Shown in pieces: positions 58,690 through 64,000 of a stretch of 64,000 nucleotides of DNA. Each line of letters begins with the position of its first letter. Position 1 is the stretch's first letter. The notes beneath the pieces are model-generated. The model saw nothing but the letters and a program-made list of their open reading frames with translations. It was not told where the DNA came from and did not search any database. The stretch is from assembly GCA_004431415.1 (NCBI GenBank), contig QPMI01000116.1, positions 62,001 through 126,000 of the forward strand, read 5' to 3'. A program made the position numbers and the translations under genes. This DNA comes from Cyanophora paradoxa CCMP329 (taxonomy: Eukaryota; Plantae; Glaucophyta).

Positions 58690-59640
58690 TGTTCTCATCG
58701 AGACGTAGCTGATTGGCCAAGGAGGAGGCGCTGACGAACTTTCGGAAGCGCGAGGTCTAGGGCGGCAGCATGACTTCCGTCCCGCCCCCGACGCCGACTC
58801 CGCCCCCACCGTAGGCATATATATATAGGCGCCGGGGGGGCGCCTCGAGGGGGGAAGCCGACCTCCCCGTACGTGTACCCCTCCTCGTCCTCTTCCTCGT
58901 CCTCGAATCCCTCCCCGCCCTCCGGATCCCGCCGATGCCCCCCCGAGGCGGCCGGGGCGACGGCGGCGGCGGCGGAGCGGAGCACGCGATTCTCGCCCTC
59001 GGGCTCGCGCCTCTCGATCCGCCTCCAGCCAGCCTCGATCTCGATCCGGGAGGGGGAGGAAGGGAAGGGGGGTACGGAGGAGGAGCGGAGCGGAGTCACT
59101 GAGTGTGCGCGATATCGATGAACTCCCGGAGTCCTCGCATCCCTCATTCATAGCATGAGCTCGGCCGCGGGTGACCCTGGAAGTTTAATGCCTCATGGTC
59201 CACCGCGGCCGCCCTCCCTTGCCGGCGCTCATGATCATGATCAGCCTGTCCCGCCTCGCGATCGAGCTCGAGCTTTTCCCTCCCCACACCTCTCCCGATC
59301 TCCTCTTCGCCTGGCCTGCGCATGCGCCCCAGGGGGGGCGGGGGTAATTAAATAAGGGCCCTTGCCTTCTGGTTGAGCGACTCGAGGTGCGAGATCTAGA
59401 CCGCCTGCGGGGGTACGCGTCGGTTTCGCGGAGGGGTACGAGAAAAGAGGGGCGGTACCGTAGTACCTCGGCGCCGGGAGGGGGAGGGTCCCACAGCGGT
59501 TCTTCAGGGCCCCCTGGGGAGCTCGCGATCGAGGGCGGCGCCGGCCCCAGCTGCGGGGACGAGCTTGAGGGTCCGGGGGTACCGCCCGTCCCCCGTCCCG
59601 CTGCCCGCTGCAAAGCCAGTACCGCGGTTCAGCCCCATGG
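58690..59640 (-). pseudogene. Degenerate inverted partial copy of the 43848-46272 gene
   Basis: About 59350-59610 matches ~44760-45000 (GGPEEPLWDPPPPGAEV plus the following intron). About 58700-59100 matches ~45760-46270 (ERIER.EGENR.LRSAAAA, EGF.DEEE). Frameshifting insertions; the middle exons are missing. Confidence 0.85.
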
Positions 59641-60189
59641 CCACCGGGGGTAGGGGGGGGGGGGGGGGGGGGGAGGGGGGGGCAAGGGGGGGAAGGGGGG
59701 GAGGGGGGGAAGAGGGGAGGTCCGGTGGAGCTTCCCCCCCTCTACCCCTCTAGTATCCCCCTCGATTCCCCTCCGAGGCTCTCCTCAGGGCCTCTCTCCC
59801 CCGCATCTTTCCCCAGTCGATGACGCCGAGTTGAGAGGAAGATTGATATCGCGAGATCGGCCCAGGGATCGGAGGAAATTAAAGCTTAAGGAGAACTCGG
59901 GCGAAGTATCGTACGCAGGTCCGGATCCGGACAGAGTCGGACCGGAGCAAGCTCAGTCGTGCCAGACCAGTCGTGCTACGTAATATTCTATTAATGCCGC
60001 CGACCTCCGATCCCGTCGCGGAGGCGGCCCTGCCGTGCGCGCATTTTTCCGCCGCCGGGCCCCGGGGGCGCGCCGCTCGAGCTCGCGGGCTAGCGGTGCG
60101 GGCTAGCGGTTACGCTGTAGTTGGCGCCCCCCGGCCCGGGCCGGGCACCGGCCCGCTGCGCATGCGGCGCAGAATTTGATTGAGTTTAT

Positions 60190-62426
60190 CCGCAGCTCGA
60201 ATTCGAACGATCAGAGGCGTGCCTCAGACGTCGCGATCGACGCGCCCGCATTCTCCGGAAATCTTCTCGACGCGGAGCTGCGCCGCCGCCTGCAGCTCCT
60301 GAACGAGCTCCGCGATCTCGGCCTCGGAAATGCGAGCCAGCATGCGCAAGCGCCTCGATCTCGGAAATATTTTAATCATTAAGCGATTCGCGCGCGCGCA
60401 CACAGGTCGCTAAGATCGAGCTCCCGCGCATCGTCGTGGTCGGCGGGCAGAGCGCCGGCAAGTCCAGCGTCCTGGAGAGCATCGTCGGCCTCGACATTTT
60501 CCCCCGCAACAAGGACATCTGCACCCGCCGGCCCATCGAGCTGCGCCTCATCAACAACGAGAGTGCGTGCGCGTTAAATTACTTTGCGCAAGCACATACT
60601 TTGGCCGCGGCTCGCGATAGAAAATATTCTTGAGCTTTTGAAAAACTCAAGGAAAGAATTCGCGCAAAGATGTGCAAGGAATGCGCGCAACTTTCCTTCA
60701 TCGCGGCAACGTGAGCTCGGAGACCTTGACCTCGATGGGCGACGTCCGCAACGAAATCGCCCGGCTCAACGTGCGAGATGTGACTGACAATGAGGTGCGC
60801 GGCTTTCGATTAGATGGTAAGCGTGATATCGACCGAGACAAATTACTGCCCCGCTGAAGGGACGCTCCGCTGAAAACTGATCGCGAGCCCACAGCCTGTT
60901 CGAGAGGATCCCATTACTCTCGAGATTGTCAGTGCACACTGCCCAGATCTCACTGTCGTTGATCTCCCTGGCATTGCAAGGGCACGCTGAAATTCAATTG
61001 AAAGTTACATTCTTGTTGATTTACTCTTATACATTCACGCAGAATACAGCGACCGGCGACGACGACGAGCGCGAGAACATAGGCAATTACAATATCGAGA
61101 AGCTCACCAAAGATCTCTCGCTGAAGTCCGTCCGGAAGGAATCTAGATCTAGATCTAGATCTAGATCTAGATCTAGATCTAGATCTAGATCTAGATCTGC
61201 GCGCATCAACGAACATTTGTTCTACATGAGATTGAAATAATTAATTATAAATGAAATATATTTAAATGATGTACATGTGCTTTATTGCATGTGGTCTAGA
61301 TCCAGATTCATCTCGCGTGTGATCATTCATGATCAGGTACATCAAGCAAGAACGAACAATCATATTGGCCGTCTCCGCAGCGAACGCCGATCTTGCGGGC
61401 TCGGACGCCCTTCAGCTCGCCCGGGAGGTCGACAAGGAGGGTGTGCCTCCTCATGGCTCCAAGGCGTAATGAATTCACGATTATTACGTCAATCCTAGCT
61501 ATAGCCACTTTCGAAATTCTATTTTCGCAGGTATTCGAACAATCGGCGTTCTAACCAAAGTGGATATCATGGACGAGGTTCATTCAATCGCGATTGATTG
61601 AAGGACCAGATTTAGAGTTCGAGCTTCCATGCTTTCGCATGCATATGCTTAACGGATTGCGTTCGCAGGGGACAGACGCGGGCGAGATTCTGCGAGGCGA
61701 GAAGCACAAGCTCAAAAAGGGGTATTACGGTGTGCAGGCAATTAATCGCGATCGCAAGATATCGGTCCTGGCGATCGCAAAGTATCGGTCCTGGGGCTTC
61801 ATTAAATTAAACTATAATGATGTAATGCGCAGCAATGAAAAACCGCACACAGAAGGAGGTGGAAGACAAGAAGCCTTTGAAGGTCGGTGTATACGTATGT
61901 TATCAATAATACAATATAATATACTAGAGCGCTAGCGCCGTTTACTGCAGCGCTAGCGAATTAATACGCCTCTCAGGAAGCGATTGGGAACGAAGAGAAG
62001 TTCTTCAGGAGTCACGGTGTGTACGCGGGCTTCCTGAAGCGATGCGGGACACACAGTCTCGTGTCAGCACTTCAGCAGGTGCGTCTTGCAATTGTTTACA
62101 CTAAATATATATGCGCATGCATGCTTCCGCCCCTGCGCATGCGTGCTTAGACGAAATACTCGTACTCATGTTCATAACGCAGGAGATTCTCGTCCTCTAC
62201 GACCGTCACATCCCCGCCATTAAAAAGCAGGTATGTCAAAGCCTGCATTTTAAACTCGTATTCAATGATTCAATAGTACTACCTACGGGGGGGGCTCGCC
62301 CCAGCCTAGTCTTTCAAAAACAAATTATAATATATCGCATTCCTCAGATTGAGGAAATGATCAAGCGAGAGGATGGTGAATTGAAAGCGCTTGGGTCTGG
62401 CCTTCCGCAAGACACAAGGGGTCAAG
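60190..62426 (+). CDS. Dynamin-related GTPase, Mx-like (5' start unclear; interrupted after 62426)
   Basis: [35 protein letters not shown] (G1), CTRRP (G2), DLTVVDLPG (G3), [17 protein letters not shown] (G4), LKKGYY, EEKFF, start of the middle domain [11 protein letters not shown]. Confidence 0.87.
61141..61198. repeat. Palindromic (TCTAGA)n microsatellite in a dynamin intron
   Basis: atctagatctagatct... about 9 units. Confidence 0.95.
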
Positions 62427-62499
62427 TGCGTGCGAACATGAGAAGAACGAAACGATTTTTTGCAAAAGCCCAACCGGGCAATGTTCGTATTAATGACAA

Positions 62500-64000
62500 C
62501 AACAGCCGCCCCGTCGCAGCCATCGACTGGGGTGGCGCCTAGGCTAGCTCTGAGGCTCTGCGGCATAGAAGGGAGACGACCTGTAGACCTATCCTAGCTA
62601 TCCGCTATCGAGCCGAGGCGCGCGGGGATTGGAGGCGAGGTTGTCCTTGGCCCTGAGGGGGGGGAGGGGGGGGGAGGGGGGGAGGGCACTCTTTGCCAGG
62701 TTCACCGGTTGGGCTGAGGAGAGAGGGGGGGGGGCCGGGGGGGGAAGGGAAAAGAAGAGCGGATCCGGAAAAGGGTCTCGGAGGTGGCTGTAGGCCGGCC
62801 GGTCGGTCACCACGGGACGGCGGGGGCGTCGAATTCCGGCGGCGGCTCAAGGAGGGGGCCGCGGGAGGGGGTGGTCTCGGTTTCTGTGCGCTCGAGTGTG
62901 GCAACGAAGCCGGCGGCTGTCCACATGAGCGGATCGAGGGGGGCGGGGGGGGGCGGGGGGTCGTCGTCGGGCTCCCAGGCCCAGGTGATGGCGCTGGGGT
63001 CGAGGGCGGGCTGGGCAACGGCGGGGGACAGGCCGCGGGCGGCGTACTCCGCTTTGGTGATGGCCACGAGGGCGCGGGCCCAGACGTTGCGGGCGAATGC
63101 CTCCCAGATGAGCAGGGCCGTCGGCTTGCCGGTCTGCCCTCTTTCCTCCGGCGTGAGCGTATGCACCTGCCAGGCGGCGCTGATCATGAGGCCGGCGAGG
63201 GTGGGGAGGAGGGCCGCGGGGGCGAGCGGGGCGCGGCGGCTCTGGGAGTTGCCGGCGGAGTGGGGTACGGCGCGAAAGCCCGTGATGGCGTGTGCGCAGC
63301 TCAGGGGGACCCGCCTGTGGAAGTGGGCGTTCCAGCGCTCGATCAGCTCTTCCCATGCCGCCCGTGCGGGGGCGCAGTAGTAGATTGCGTGGTCTGAGGT
63401 GTCCTCCGGGATGTCTATGCACTCGCAGACTTCGCAGAAGGGGCTGGGGCGCGCGCCGATGCGGTGAAGGAACTGGCCGGCGGGGAGGCATGCATGGGTG
63501 GCCCAGAGCCAGATTTCTCTGTTCCAGGCGGTGAGGCTAGCGAGATGGCATCCATATTTCCAGACGTTCTGCCACAAGCAGCGCGGCGGCGGGTTCCCGA
63601 AGCGGGCGAGGGGGCCCGGGTCGGGGGTGGGAGGGAGGGCGAGGAGCGCGTGGTATCCCGCTGAAATGCGGTACTCGAGCCAAGGGCGGGGGCCCTTGGG
63701 GGAGGCGAAGAGGAGGCCCTCGTGGACCCAAGGCGTGGCGTCGAGGCGCCCGGCGAGAACGGGGCGGCCCGTGGGCCAGCGGTGTTTCTGTTTGGTGGAG
63801 CCGGGGGGTACGAGGACGACGTGCGCTCGTGGGAGCGAAGCGGGGGCGGCGGGGAGGGGCTGGGCCGGCGTCGGCGGCTCGGCGAGCGTGCCGTCGGGAA
63901 GGGCGCCGACTTGGCAGCCGGTCGGGGGAGCGCCGGGGAGCGCAAGGATGACCGCGGCTGGGCCTGGGCGGCGGGGGCCGTGGCCCGCCGTGAGCGGGGG
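62500..64000 (-). mobile_element. 3' end of a non-LTR retrotransposon (L1/Tx1-like ORF2 with zf-RVT), antisense in a dynamin intron
   Basis: Intronless ORF W..VWK..REIWLWATHACLP..CEVC..EDTSDHAIYYC..A..AW, the CCHC zinc-binding C-terminus of L1-clade ORF2; abrupt GC jump after the dynamin exon. The 3' boundary is approximate and the element runs off the window. Confidence 0.8.

Noticed and set aside
61141-61198. RS-domain protein (SRSRSRSR in the ORF track)
   Set aside because: It is the translation of an intronic TCTAGA microsatellite.
1-64000. Prokaryotic operon or defence island
   Set aside because: Spliceosomal introns throughout and eukaryote-specific genes (Rab, NUB1); the bacterial-like domains are all intronised.

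Overview
GC-rich, gene-dense eukaryotic nuclear DNA with many short spliceosomal introns (GT-AG plus frequent GC-AG). The six-frame ORF track is therefore mostly shadow ORFs, and the gene models below were assembled by reading exons across introns; internal exon boundaries are approximate. A nucleus-encoded plastid L24 with an MAF-type transit peptide points to a primary-plastid alga, most plausibly a Cyanophora-like glaucophyte (inference). About 21 protein genes: LPA1-like P-loop kinase, plastid rpl24, a signal-peptide SET/LSMT protein, two tandem divergent Rab1 paralogs, isopentenyl phosphate kinase, a large acylated SAM-TIR-ARM-beta-helix protein, a CKAP2-like protein, MYG1, a plastid-targeted AT-hook/repeat protein, a stand-alone beta-helix paralog, a CHASE4-HAMP-degenerate cyclase receptor, a coiled-coil protein (plus an inverted pseudogene copy), NUB1, an FxFxP-repeat protein, a probable transcription factor, a CBM20-SGNH esterase, a claudin-like protein, and an Mx/dynamin-like GTPase interrupted by a non-LTR retrotransposon. 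The best candidate for an undescribed system is an innate-immunity-like module: a SARM1-like TIR protein with an intact catalytic Glu and a recently expanded beta-helix sensor, a free beta-helix paralog and an Mx-like dynamin. No rRNA, tRNA or CRISPR array was seen.
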